A stretch of 64,000 bases of DNA from Balanoglossus misakiensis (lineage: Eukaryota > Animalia > Hemichordata): NCBI GenBank assembly GCA_040954595.2, contig CM082591.2, positions 9,289,612-9,353,611 of the forward strand, in the 5' to 3' direction. Below the pieces are notes generated by a model. That model was not told the origin of the DNA. It made no database searches and was given only the letters and a program-made list of their open reading frames with translations. Position 1 is the first letter of the stretch. Every line of letters starts with the position of its first letter. Shown piece by piece: positions 1-12,426 of this stretch. The position numbers and the translations under genes were made by a program.

Positions 1-328
1 ATTTCATAGAAAGTGTGCTAGCATACTGAACATCGATGACACCTGCACACACATATTGTATACCAGTATGTTACTGTTTCTTCTGTTATTTGCAGATAAG
101 CTGGTATTTGTACGGAGTTGTCCCTCATGCAAAGTGACCTACAGGTATCAAGAATGCGATGATGGCATACATAACTTTAACAACAAACTATTCCTGACTC
201 ATCGTTTGTGTTTGTGGTTGAGAGCCAATGTTAAGGTAGTGGCAAGTGTACATCCAAGAACTGATTCATGTATATATTAAACTTACTATTCAACTAGGCA
301 TACCAACCTACCTGCCTGCCTGCCTGCC

Positions 329-334
329 TATCTA

Positions 335-402
<68 letters not shown>

Positions 403-465
403 GATCGATCTATCGATCTATCGATCTAGCAATCTAGCTATCTATCATTTTATCTATCCATCTAT
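329..465. repeat. (TATC)n microsatellite with degenerate TATCGATC units
   Basis: Tandem TATC repeats are directly visible. Confidence 0.95.
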
Positions 466-716
466 CTGAATATAGATTTTATTTGTGAAATGGAGGGCAT
501 ATGTATAAGGAGGTAGGTCGGGTGGGAAAGGTAGGAAAAGCATCTTAGAAAGTGAGGACTGGTGTGGAATAAAAAGAAAAAAAATGTCTAAGAGGGTGAT
601 GCCTGGAAGCTTAAATTGTTTTCCGTCTGATACCACTGCCAGATTGATAAAAGAAGGGTATCTGAGTCCAGTTTCGGATTGATAAAAATAAAAATGCGGA
701 GACCATACCAAGTTTA
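466..716 (-). mobile_element. possible 3' remnant of a CR1/L2-group LINE whose tail is the (GATA)n repeat
   Basis: On the minus strand an AATAAA directly precedes the GATA tail. A degenerate FYQS..WTQIP...FK stretch weakly resembles a LINE ORF2 C-terminus. Confidence 0.3.
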
Positions 717-1487
717 CCTAATGGTAAAAGTTCATATCACACTTTGCTGATCTATGTACCCTATGTTGTTCACTGGTAGGAGGCCTTGTCTTTGCCCTTT
801 TATTGATTTTTCAGAACCACACTGCAGTCGGAAGAGCCTATAAGACTATTTTCAGCAGCAGTGCATGCCTGTTTCTCATCAGGATGTCATCAATGGATAT
901 CTTTCGTTTGAGGCACTTACAAACAAAAACTATGACTTCACATGCGTGATTTGTGGCCACTTTCCCCCAATCATTGTTATGGATCTAAACAGGAAGACTG
1001 CTTTTGATTATGCTGGTAATACATTAAATGTAATTGTCCACAAAATAGCAATAGCTTGTATTTCCAAAATGCGAATGACGACATCATGTATTCATATCTC
1101 CAATTTACAAGTGACGTCATGTAATCAAATCATCAAATTTTTATTGTGTCTGCATGAATATGATTCTTATATTGTAATTTGACCTTTGAACCCTATGCAT
1201 TATATTGGCAATGTTAGTTATAAGGGCAATGTCTTTGATAAAGACTTGATTTTTTTTTGCAAATTTGGTTTTGTTGACATTATTACATCCTTGTTGATTT
1301 CTCACAGATTTAGATACTGAAATGTCAAGTGAGGTGTGTGATTCTGTTGATGCAGACTCTTTCTGGTAACAAATTCACAGGGAAATTATTGCCAGAGGGG
1401 TTTATCCAGGTAAATGTATTTTTATTGACATTACATGTTGAGGAATAGTTTAATTTTTACATGTACGCCATCAATTTTGTAATTCTG

Positions 1488-2130
1488 CCTGTACAAAATA
1501 TACTTATAAGAAACTTATAAGAAACTTATAAGATTCTTATAAGATTCTTATAAGTATTTTGTATGCAAATTAGTCAGAAAAATATAAGAAATATGATTAC
1601 AACCTCCTCTGTTTCTTATAAGAATTATGTAAGATTCTTGCTAATTTGCATACAAAATACTTATAAGAAAGTTACGATAGTATCCTAGCCTTCTTATAAG
1701 ATTCTTATAAGATTCTTATAAGAAGTAAGTTGGATATTTATAAGAAATTTATCTATTTCTTATGCATTTCTTGCTAATTTGCATACAAAAAACTTATAAG
1801 AAATTTATAACAATGTCTTAGGCTTCTTATAAAATACTTATAAGAAAGTTATCAGAATGTCTTGGGCTTCTTATAAGATTCTTATAAGATATATAGTTCA
1901 AGATTTATAAGAAATTCACCTATTTCTTATAAATTTCTTGCTAATTTGCATACATTTTCTTATAAGACAGTTATGAGAATGGCCTAGGCTTCCTATAAGA
2001 TCTTGTAAGAAATTATCTGGGATATGTATAAGAAATGTATCCATATCTTATACATTTCTTGCTAATTTGCATATATAATTCTTATAAGAAAGTTATGAGA
2101 ATGGCCTAGGTTTCCTATAAGTTTCTTATC
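1488..2130. repeat. left subterminal array of palindromic CTTATAAG motifs of the CACTA element
   Basis: Many CTTATAAG units, partly within ~120-180 bp higher-order repeats containing TTCTTGCTAATTTGCATA. Confidence 0.9.
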
Positions 2131-3211
2131 AGAAATTGCTGGGGACAATCATTATATTTGTCCATTTCTTGCATAATTTTCATACAAAACAGTTACAGAA
2201 ATATTATAATTATATTTCTTATGGATATTTTGTATGGAAATTGGGCAAGAATTGGAAAAGAGACATACAATTTTCTTAGTACATTCTGCTTTAAAAACAT
2301 ACATTTTTATACATTTCTGGATCAATTCTCATGACAAAGTCATCAGAGGGCTCCCATTGTCTTTTATCAAATTAGTGGCATATATTACTAAAAGTTACTA
2401 AAACATTCTAATCATAACAAACATACGCACATCAGATGACTGCTTTCAGATCCCACGTAGATAAGTTTACAAGGAAAACACAAACAATTGTAGCAATCTG
2501 TGTCACAACTGTAACAAAGTTATCTTGATGATTCACACAAATATCCTTATTTGGACAAAGTGTACTGAACCATGATGCAACTTTAACATATTGCAAAGTT
2601 GAAGAGAAATAAAATTTGTGGTTGCACACCAATGCCCTAACTTCATGACATGGACACCTGTGAGCTTACTGTACTTTATGACTATATGTTCAATGTTGTA
2701 TAGTATGTTCTATTTTTCATTTTAATCAAAATTACACGAAGACAATGTGAAAAGATAAAATGTTAGAAGAGTACCTCAAGTGACATTGTATGACCATATG
2801 AGTAGCGAAATAGACGCCAGTATTGACGGCTGACAAGTCTAAATAGTGGATGATGATATAATAATCATCAACAGTAAATGCGGGCTAAATGCCATCAACT
2901 CATTGCATGCAATATCCAGTACACACAGTGAAGACAAACTATATCAGAAATTAGAATCAATTTTTTAATTAGAAACATATTAACAATGAGGAACAAGTCT
3001 CAAAAATGAAAACATTATATTTTAATTGTTAAATTGGTGTGTCGTTATTTTTTTCCATGTTATCAAGATTTCATTACATTTGCCCATATGGGCGCCTAAA
3101 CCTCATGCAAGAGGCATTTTCCTCCCCTGTCTACGACCAGCTTGATTAAAAAAGTGAAAATGGCGAAGCCAAAAAACAACAAACATTACGATCCATGTGG
3201 AAACAAAACCT

Positions 3212-6200
3212 CTACAGTGTTCCACTGGCTGCCACAGTCTTCTTCAGCTTTTTACGTGTGTCTGCACACTGACAGTTGATGACTTGGACCACTTCCCTCG
3301 CTGTGAATTTGGGGCATTTTGACATCACAAATTCTAGTTTAAAAAAAGACAAAAAGCCATTTTACTATAATACTAGTAATTGAAAGTTCGTAATTTACGA
3401 CTGACTGTACCCATTCTTAACTGCCTTATGATGGGAAAAAATTACATAATAAAGCCACCATAAGCACTACTCTAGAAAACAAGTCAGAAAATTTTACAGA
3501 TTAGACAAATACAGCCACCTACTCGCTGATTTTTCAATCACATGACATTTGTTCATTGTGAACTGAACACATTGGGTTCCCCTATACAAGGGTTTTAAGA
3601 AAATATTTTCTTTTAGGGGTTTAAGAAATAGACAGAAAAATACAATTCCTGAAAGGGTCCATTTTATATTTTGCATCCTTTAAGTAAAAATGGCCAGTAG
3701 ATCATATAATCATATGTTACCGTTAAATGTGAACAACTGAAAACCAAATATGATACTTATTCATCATTTGTGGTTGAAACGACACGTGAGTTCGCCGAGA
3801 AAATTCGTGACCCTGCGATGTGGCCTGATGGTATTCTTATCCGCCGATACTATTAATTTATTGTATGACACTACGTCTTTCTACATATAACTGTCGTGGC
3901 ATAAAGTCATCAGTAGACTCTATTATGTCTCTCTGTAACGATCATGATGTTATACTCGTTCAAGAACACTGGCTGACGGAAGCGGAATTACCTCTTCTGT
4001 CGAGTATTCACAAAGACTTTAATGCATGTGGTATTTCTGCCATTCAAGATGACTGTGGAATTCGCATCGGGCGTCCATTTGGTGGAGTTGCAATCATGTG
4101 GCGTAAATCCTTGGGACAAAACTTTTCAATAAAATATTTAGATGATACAAGACTTTTAGGTGCTGATATTGTTACATCTTCTGGAAAACTTTTTATTTTA
4201 TGTGCGTACCTCCCGACCTGTTCTGGAGAAAATTATGACACTTATATGAATTATTTGGCAAAAATTAATTGCATTATTAATGATATTGACACAACGAATG
4301 TTATAATTCTTGGCGATTTTAACGCTAACTTTGGTACAATATTTGCTAGGGAGCTTGATATTTTTTGTAAAGAACATAATTTGTATATCTCCGATGTTGA
4401 AAAGCTTGGTAGATGCAATGATAATTTTACATTCGTTAGTGATGCACATGGTAGTACTGGTTGGTTGGACCATATTTTGAGCACCCATGCAGTACAGAAT
4501 GCTATTTCTAGTATTGGTATTTTGTATGATTATGTGTCCTCTGACCATTTTCCTCTCTCTGTAAATATTGATATTGTTGGGTTAGTACATACAGATCCGA
4601 CTCCACAAAATGTGACCAATGCTCATGTGAAGCCTAACTGGAGTAAAGCGACACCCAGGAACTTGTCTGCTTATGAACATATGACGGAGTGCTTACTCCG
4701 TAGACTGGATATCCCAAATGTTGCTCTTGTATGTCGAGATCCTAACTGTAAGAATATAGATCACATTAGCAGTCTAAATTCTTTGTATTCGAATATTGTT
4801 ACTTCTCTTAAATCAGCTGCGTTGAACTGCATTCCTGCTTCGAAGGCAGAGGGGTTGGGTTTTAAAACTGTTCCAGGTTGGAATGAACATGTACGTGATT
4901 TTCACAATGCCGCTCGTGATGCATTTAAATTATGGGCTGCTAATGGCAGGCCTAGGTTTGGCCCGCTCTTTGATCTCATGCGCAGAACTCGTGCAAAATT
5001 TAAGTCGGTTTTACGGGCGTGTAGAAGAGATGAAAACCTAGCCAGGGCCCAGGCTTTGGCCAACAACTTGACGCAGGGGGGCACACGTAAGTTTTGGCAG
5101 TCTGTACATACCACTCGTGGTTGTTTATCTTCGCTTCCGACCAGTGTAGGTGGCTGCACCGGTCATGAAAATGTTGCCGATATGTGGAAACAACATTATG
5201 AAAGTTTGTTGAATTCTGTTTCGAACTGTCGTGATAGAGCATTTGTATTGTCATCGTTAAATGAAACTGGTTCCCACAACAATGCCATGGTTGTTTCTGC
5301 GATGGAACTAAAAGGGTGTATTGATAAGCTTGAGAAGGGAAAGGCATTGGGCTATGATGGTCTTGGTGCCGAACATCTCATGTATGCAAGTCCAATCATT
5401 TGCGTTATGTTGAGTTTATGTTTTACTAGTTTTTTTACACATGGTTATTTACCCGAGACTTTAATGCACGCCATTATTTGTCCTATTGTGAAGGATAAAT
5501 CCAAAGATCTTACTTCTGTGGATAATTATAGGCCCATTGCAATTGTCACGGCCATCTCGAAAGTTCTGGAACTTTGTATTCTATCTCGTATTGATTCACT
5601 CTTAGATACAAGCAATTTACAGTTTGGTTTTAAAAGTAATCACTCTACCGACATGTGTATCTTTGTTCTCAAAGAAATTGTTGACTTTTATAAGAGGCAT
5701 AATACGCCAGTTTACCTCTGTTTTATGGATGCTACGAAAGCTTTTGATAGGGTCAACCACTGGACTTTGTTTAGAAAACTGATTAACTGCAAGATACCTC
5801 TTTTTATTATTCGTATTTTACAATATTGGTATAGTAATCAATGCTTTTCTGTGCGCTGGGCATCTGTAATTTCTAATTCCTTCAGTGTTATTAACGGTGT
5901 ACGGCAAGGAAGTATTCTTTCACCCAAACTGTTCGCTATATATGTAAATGATTTAAGCGGTCAGCTGCAATCAGCCGGGGTTGGCTGTTACCTAGCTAAT
6001 ACCATTGTTAACCATTTGTTCTATGCAGACGATTTAGTCTTGATTTGTCCGTCGGTCAAAGCATTACAGAAACTGAGTAACATTTGTGAACTTTATGGAA
6101 ATGAGCATGATATTATTTTTCATACTGCAAAGACAGAGTGTATGGCAATTTTCCCAAAGTCTTGGAAAGCACACAGAATTCCTTGTGTATATTTGTATGG

Positions 6201-6781
6201 TAAACCTCTTAAGTATGCATGTACAAAAAAGTATCTTGGCTATATTATGTCCTCTTCGGGTATGGATGATGCTGATATGCAGCGGCAGCTTCGTTGCTTT
6301 TATGCTAGAGCTAATTTTATTTTGCGTAATTTTGGCCATTGCTCACATAAGGTGAAGTGCACTCTTTTTAAAAGTTTTTTATATAGTGTTTATTGTCTTA
6401 ACGTGTGGTGTAACTACAGTGTCAAACAAATGTCTACTTTAAAAGTTGCGTATAACAATGCCTTAAGATTGATTTTTAATCTGAAACGCGATGTAAGCAT
6501 AAGTCATAACTTTGTAAGTAGGAATATTTTGAACTTCACCTCGCTACATCGAAAATTGGTTTTCTCCTTTTGCCAACGCTTACAAAAAAGCGGTAACCCG
6601 GTTATCCGCAGCTGTATACAGACTGACTGTTACTTTTTATCTACATTCTGGGGGCATTGCAGGGTTGTTCTTCATTAAGTTTTTGGGATTTTTTTTTCTT
6701 TTGTGTCTTTCTTTTATGGAGTTGTTTCTGGGTTTGTTTTGTATGTTTTTTTACAGTATGGGCATACGGCCTGAATTAAAG

Positions 6782-6812
<31 letters not shown>

Positions 6813-8906
6813 ATAAGAGGGAGTAAATTCAATGATATGTAGGCAATGTATGATTCCAACGTACCTTTGATGGCCTGTACAATATGTACAGGTAGTCCTG
6901 GATGCATCCTGCTACCCTCAGCACAAGAATCTGCTAATTTTTGTGGAGTAAAAAAAACTTGAAGCAGATTTTTGACAAGCTTGGCGGGGGACCCCTTTGC
7001 TGCGGCAAGGCTAAAATCGCGATGTACTCTCCTGATGAGTACACCCCCACCAATATCAACCATCTCAGCTGAATCTGTTGTTGCCTGAATAATATGGAAA
7101 TTCAAAACAAAATGATAAGTACAAGATTTACAATTTTTACACTATAATCTGAATCTACAAATGTTATAAAACATAATTTTTTGTGACAAACTAGTTACAC
7201 CTCTTGTGTATTTTATTCAAGAGGTTTAGTGATATACATGTATGACATCGCTTGAAGATACATACCAGAACCTGCTTTGGGGATGGTGTTGGTTCAGCTG
7301 GTGGTGTTATTGTTGTTGTTGTTGTCCATTCAGATGTTGATGTACCGGTAGATGACTGCTGGCTTGATAGTAAATCAACAAACTCTCTGACAGCTGGGTT
7401 TGACATCATACACACCAGCTTACCGCAGACAAATTTATCATCAGAAGGGCGAGGTTTCATTTCAAGCGTGGCAATTCTTGTTTCCAATTGCGCAATTTTA
7501 GTGTTTTTCATTTTCAGTGAAAGTTCCAGGTTTTTGATTTTCTCCTGTGATTCCTTCAGCTGGCTTCCAGATTCAACTACATCCTCAGTGATTTCGTCAG
7601 AAGAGGTGGGGTGGTTGGCCAGCATTTTGGTGACCATAATTTTTTGTGCAGCAATTTGTGCCTGTATTTCTTTTCTTTTTTCTGTATTTGAACGTTTCTT
7701 TTCCGTCTGTTCCATATCAATTTTGCTCTTCTTTGCTTTTGGTGTCTAAAATAAACCAGTATTTTATGATTAGTGTTAAATACATCTCATTTCACATTGG
7801 AAATGCTCATCACTAAACCGAATTAGGGGAAAGCAAGACATTTATTGCAAAAACAACAAATGCTATTGATATTGACGAATTGCCATGGCAACACGGTCCG
7901 GTGAGGCATGTAATAAAAAATATTATTGCCTGAATACATAGTGTGTTTGACCATTTGCCCTTGTGCGTCTGGCAAATGACGGGGATGGAACGGAGCGGCA
8001 CAGCTCAGTGTGCGATTCAAATATTGTGTGTACAGTATAAAATGATAAACCCTGGTATCACAGCACATGTCATTGACTGATTACAGTAAACTAGCATGAG
8101 GTAATTAACGAGGTAATTGAACAGATTTGATCTGGTTGTTTTAATAACCTTTGTGAGTGTGTTCTGAGCTATAACTGATTTCTTTCTGAATGCAATTGAC
8201 AGAGATGTTAATTTCAAATAACCAGACACACCTCCTTTGGTTTTCCAGGTGGTGTTGCTTTTCTTGAGGAGTATGCTAGTTTCAATTGCAACAACTGCCT
8301 TGAAGCTTCGTCTTTGTCATCTGCAAAAAGTGAATGACACCAGTAATATCAAAGATAGCATCAAATTGCTCTCAGTTGTTCAAGATTGCAACATTCAATT
8401 TTGTTGCAAATCATTGTTCTCTTATTTGATTAATTTCCAACAAAACTACTTTATGATGGTGCCTTCAAAAATTAGATGTACATTTACCAATGAAAATTAT
8501 AAGCTTATATGTGGATGTCATGGAGAACATTCCTCGCATAGAGAACATTTCAGGAAACCAATAATGTTAAAACACGTCAATAAGTTTCTTAAAATTGGTT
8601 TTTGACCAAAATAAAAAAAATGCCCAAAAAGAACAATGTTGACATTTCCATCATAATTTTATTTGCAGTGTGGTGTGTAAACATCGCTTGCAATGTACAA
8701 TGGAAATTTAAAAGATATACCTGTTGTGAATAATATTTTTGCCAAATACTTTTTGCCATCGGTCCATGATGCCATACATTGGTCTCCCATTTCTAGGGCA
8801 GCTCCATCCTGAAGAGAAATACCTGTCTCTTCATCTTCCACCTGAGTGGCTTTAATGATGTTACTCAGTTTTCCATTTTCCTTGAATCGGACTATCACCC
8901 ATTTCA
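3212..8906 (-). CDS. BEN-domain accessory protein of the CACTA element; exons 8906-8721, 8320-8232, 7745-7266, 7084-6865, 3333-3212 (first exon not located)
   Basis: The exons have GT/AG boundaries and compatible phases. They give a Tudor/SH3-like N-terminus (KWVIVRF..GDQCMASWTDGKKYLAKIL), a coiled coil, a Ser/Thr/Pro linker and a BEN-like C-terminus (LVKNLLQVFFTPQKLADSC..GLPVHIVQAIKEFV..EVVQVINCQCADTRKK) ending in TAG at 3212-3214. Confidence 0.75.
3710..6815 (+). mobile_element. 5'-truncated non-LTR retrotransposon (APE-RT; RTEX/CR1-group-like) in the last intron of the BEN gene
   Basis: An ORF1 C-terminal remnant (VKCEQLKTKYDTYSSFVV..DPAMWPDGILIRRYY*, about 3722-3856) precedes an intact ORF2. 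A T-rich 3' UTR and an (ATAAA)n tail end near 6815. No clear TSD. Confidence 0.9.
3865..6678 (+). CDS. LINE ORF2: apurinic endonuclease + reverse transcriptase (937 aa)
   Basis: APE motifs TYNCRG, VQEHWL, GDFNA, LDHIL and SDHFP; RT motifs NYRPI, QFGFK, DATKAFD, GVRQGSILSP, YADD and KYLG. Confidence 0.95.
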   Translation: MTLRLSTYNCRGIKSSVDSIMSLCNDHDVILVQEHWLTEAELPLLSSIHKDFNACGISAIQDDCGIRIGRPFGGVAIMWRKSLGQNFSIKYLDDTRLLGADIVTSSGKLFILCAYLPTCSGENYDTYMNYLAKINCIINDIDTTNVIILGDFNANFGTIFARELDIFCKEHNLYISDVEKLGRCNDNFTFVSDAHGSTGWLDHILSTHAVQNAISSIGILYDYVSSDHFPLSVNIDIVGLVHTDPTPQNVTNAHVKPNWSKATPRNLSAYEHMTECLLRRLDIPNVALVCRDPNCKNIDHISSLNSLYSNIVTSLKSAALNCIPASKAEGLGFKTVPGWNEHVRDFHNAARDAFKLWAANGRPRFGPLFDLMRRTRAKFKSVLRACRRDENLARAQALANNLTQGGTRKFWQSVHTTRGCLSSLPTSVGGCTGHENVADMWKQHYESLLNSVSNCRDRAFVLSSLNETGSHNNAMVVSAMELKGCIDKLEKGKALGYDGLGAEHLMYASPIICVMLSLCFTSFFTHGYLPETLMHAIICPIVKDKSKDLTSVDNYRPIAIVTAISKVLELCILSRIDSLLDTSNLQFGFKSNHSTDMCIFVLKEIVDFYKRHNTPVYLCFMDATKAFDRVNHWTLFRKLINCKIPLFIIRILQYWYSNQCFSVRWASVISNSFSVINGVRQGSILSPKLFAIYVNDLSGQLQSAGVGCYLANTIVNHLFYADDLVLICPSVKALQKLSNICELYGNEHDIIFHTAKTECMAIFPKSWKAHRIPCVYLYGKPLKYACTKKYLGYIMSSSGMDDADMQRQLRCFYARANFILRNFGHCSHKVKCTLFKSFLYSVYCLNVWCNYSVKQMSTLKVAYNNALRLIFNLKRDVSISHNFVSRNILNFTSLHRKLVFSFCQRLQKSGNPVIRSCIQTDCYFLSTFWGHCRVVLH

Positions 8907-11900
8907 CTGAAATATGAGAGCATTTTTCTTCCTCACAGATGTGATCAACTTGAAATCAATGCCAGCAAACCACATGATATGATAGCCAAAGGGAGGAACA
9001 GCTATTAACTTCAAGCAATTTCAACACATGGTTCTAGTACAGATGCCCACTGAATTTTTAAAACAGACAGTCACTTTATAATTACATTAGGCTAGCTCTA
9101 TCCCTTACTATATAACGTGATAAATCCCCAGTATTCTGGTTGTCAACACAGCCAGTACATGTGTAATGACCATTGTTGTTGTTTTTGACAAATGAATTCT
9201 AGACCAAACTTGAATCAATTTCCAACAATAACAATACTGAATGCACACATCAATGTTGTGTTAATAAGCTAAATTTTGGGTATTTAATCGTGTTTCAATC
9301 AAGTATTGGAATGAGAACTGCAGCTGGTAGTGATAGACAGAAAAAAAATACTGAAAAAATAGCCAAAAGTTAGCTATGGAGCTTTACACGTGCATGTTGC
9401 TCATGATTAAATATTGTTGCTCTCGTTAACTTTTGCCTCAACTATGAACTTCCTCAAGGAGACTAACAACTTACATTTTAGGGATATGAAAAAAAAGATG
9501 GGTGGCAAAAATGAAAATAATTAAAGCTGCAAGCAGCGTTGGCGGGGCACAAGCGGTTCCCATGGTGACCAGCAAATGCCACGGCTGTATCTGCTGGGGA
9601 TACCAAGATATGGGAAAGTAGGTCAAAGGTCACCTGAGGTCAGCCCAAATTTGGGCCAAAAAATTGGACCCCATACTAGTCTAGATCCAACAAAAACCAG
9701 ACCCCTAGCCCTATTGGTTCGCCTGCAATTAGGTATGCACGTAATTAATGAGATATGCAGGTGTCACAGGTGACCCCCAATTTAGCTTGTCAATTTTAGT
9801 CCCAACCCTCCAAACGCCAAGTCTGTACCTGCTCTGGATGCCAAGATCTGGTAAAGTAGGTCAAAGGTCACCTGAGGTCATGCAAAATTTGGGCAAGAAA
9901 TTTTGACCCTATACTGGTCCATGTTCAACAAAAACCAAACCTATAGCTCTATTGGTTAGCCTGGAATTAGGTATGCACATAATTAATGAGGTTGGCAGGT
10001 GTCACAGGTGACCCCCAATTTAGGCTTTTCAATTTTAGTCACAACCCTCCAAACGCCAAGTCTGTACTTGCTCGGATGCTGAGATATAGGAAAGTAGGTC
10101 AAAGGTCACCTGAGGTCACCCCAAATTTGGGCAAAAAAATTAGACCCCATACTAGTCTAGGTCCAACATAAACCAGACCCCTAGCCCTATTGGTTCGTCT
10201 GCAATTAGGTATGCACATAATTAATGAGGTCTTGTGTAAGACTCCATTATGTGCTCAATCCCCATTAAAGCCAGGGCTCTAACTGCTCTGGATGCTGAGA
10301 TATGGGAAAGTAGATCAAAGGTCACCCAAGGTCACCCAAAATTAGGGCATAAAATGTTGACCCCAGAGTGGGCCATGTCCAACCAATACCAGACCTCTAG
10401 CCCTATTGGGTAGCATGGAATTAGATATGCAGAAAAATGATGTTTCAGAAATAGGTCAAAGGTCATTGTCAAAACTACCAAAATATTTGTGTCATGTCCT
10501 GGCAGCATTGGTACCCATGTCCACAAAATTCATGACTGTGGTGCTTTGACAAGAGGAAGTATGGGGAATATGCATATATAATTAGTTGTTTTAAAACTGG
10601 GTCAAAGGTCATGTGAAAATTGCCCTGAAAAATTGTGACAACTTCCGGTCAGATGATGACTCATATCCAAAAAAAGAATTTCCATGCTGTCAACATTTTG
10701 GCTACAAAACGGAATTATCACTGTTCAATGGTTTTCCGAAAATCCAACATGGCCACCATAATGATCGACCAATCACAGTGAGCTTCGCAAACTTGATAGA
10801 CATATGTTAGGTGACCACATATCCCAAATCCCGAGACTCGGTAACCGCTGGTTCTGGAGAAGAAGATTTTTAAAGTTTTAAGTAGTTTTTCAGTAAAACA
10901 ATTGTAGCAAAAAAACTTTATGTATGACGTCATGATTTCAATGGGGTAAAATGATGGACAGAAGGTAGGCTACCTGCACACCAAATTTGAACTCGATCGG
11001 CCAAGTGGTTTTTGAGAAGGACTCATTTAACGATTTTCAGGAAATCCAATATGGCCGCCAGGTCACGTGACTAATTAAATATTCACGGGCCACTGCACGT
11101 CTACTCATTGGCCCCTATCACCCTACCAAGTTTCAGCCCCCTAGGTGCTGCCGTTTTCCAGATCTACCTGGCCGAAAATCTCAGAAGAAGAAGAATAATA
11201 ATAATAATTAAAGCTGCAAGCAGCGTTGGCGGGGCACAAGCGGTTCCCATGGTGACCAGCAAATACCACAGCTGTATCTGCTGGGGATACAAAGATATGG
11301 GAAAGTAGGTCAAAGGTCACCTAAGGTCACCCTAAATTTGGGCAAAAAAATTGGACCCCATATAAGTCTAGGTCCAACAAAAACAAGACCCCTAGCTCTA
11401 TTGGTTCGCCTAGAATTAGGTATGCGCATAATTAATGAGGTCTTGTGTAAGACTCCATATGTGCTCCATCTGCCCCCTAAAAGCCAGGACTCTAACTGCT
11501 GTGGATGCTGAGATATGGGAAAGTAGATCAAAGGTCATCCAAGGTCACCCAAAATTTGGGCATAAAATTTTGATCCCAGAGTGGGCCATGTCCAACTAAA
11601 ACCAGACCTCTAGCCCTATTGGTTAGCCTGGAATTAGATATGCAGAAAAATGATGTTTCAGAAATAGGTCAAGGGTCATTGCCAAAATTACCAAAATATT
11701 TGTGCCATGTCCTGGCTGCATTGGTACCCATGTCCACAAAATTCATGACTGTGGTGCTTTGACAAGAGGAGGTATGTTGAATATGCATATATAATTAGTT
11801 GTTTTAAAACTGGGTCAAAGGTCATGTGAAAATTGCCCCGAAAAATTGTGACAACTTCCGGTCATATGATGACTCATATCCAAAAAAAGAATTTCCGTGC

Positions 11901-12426
11901 TGTCAATATTTTGGCTACAAAACGGAATTTTCATTTTTCAATGGTTTTCCGAAAATCCAACATGGCCGCCATAATGATCGACCAATCACAGTGTGCTTCG
12001 CAAACTTGATAGACATAGGTTAGGTGACCACATATCCCAAATCCCGAGACTCGGTAACCGCTGGTTCTGGAGAAGAAGATTTTTAAAGTTTTAGGTAGTT
12101 TTTCAGAAAAACAATTGTAGCAAAAAAACTTTATGTATGACGTCATGATTTTAATGGGGTAAAATGATGGACATAAGGTAGGCTACCTGCACACCAAATT
12201 TGAACTCGATCGGCCCAGTGGTTTTAGAGAAGGACTCATTTAACGATTTTCAGGAAATCCAATATGGCCGCCAGGTCACGTGACTAATTAAATATTCACG
12301 AGCCACTGCACGTCTACTCATTGGCCCCTACCACCCTACCAAGTTTCAGCCCCCTAGGTGCTGCGGTTTTCCAGATCTACCTGGCCGAATTTCTCGGAAG
12401 AAGAAGAAGAATAATAATAATAATAA

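Larger units (their letters stand above)
96..1409 (+). pseudogene. CxC/KDZ-associated (HMGXB3-like) cysteine-cluster gene, exons 96-235, 815-1015, 1308-1409; continues at 44019
   Basis: AG/GT-bounded exons encode RSCPSCKVTYRYQE..GIHNFN, NHTAVGR, FEALT..YDFTCVICGHFPPIIVMD and VDADSFW*QIHREIIARG. These resemble HMGXB3-like/KDZ-associated proteins (recognised from memory). An in-frame TAA in the third exon and a frameshift in the second indicate decay. Confidence 0.6.

Noticed and set aside
246-437. ORF with IYLS repeats
   Set aside because: Translation of the (TATC)n microsatellite.
7252-7749. 165 aa plus-strand ORF (similarly 51173-51631 and 59862-60284)
   Set aside because: Antisense shadows of real minus-strand coding exons.
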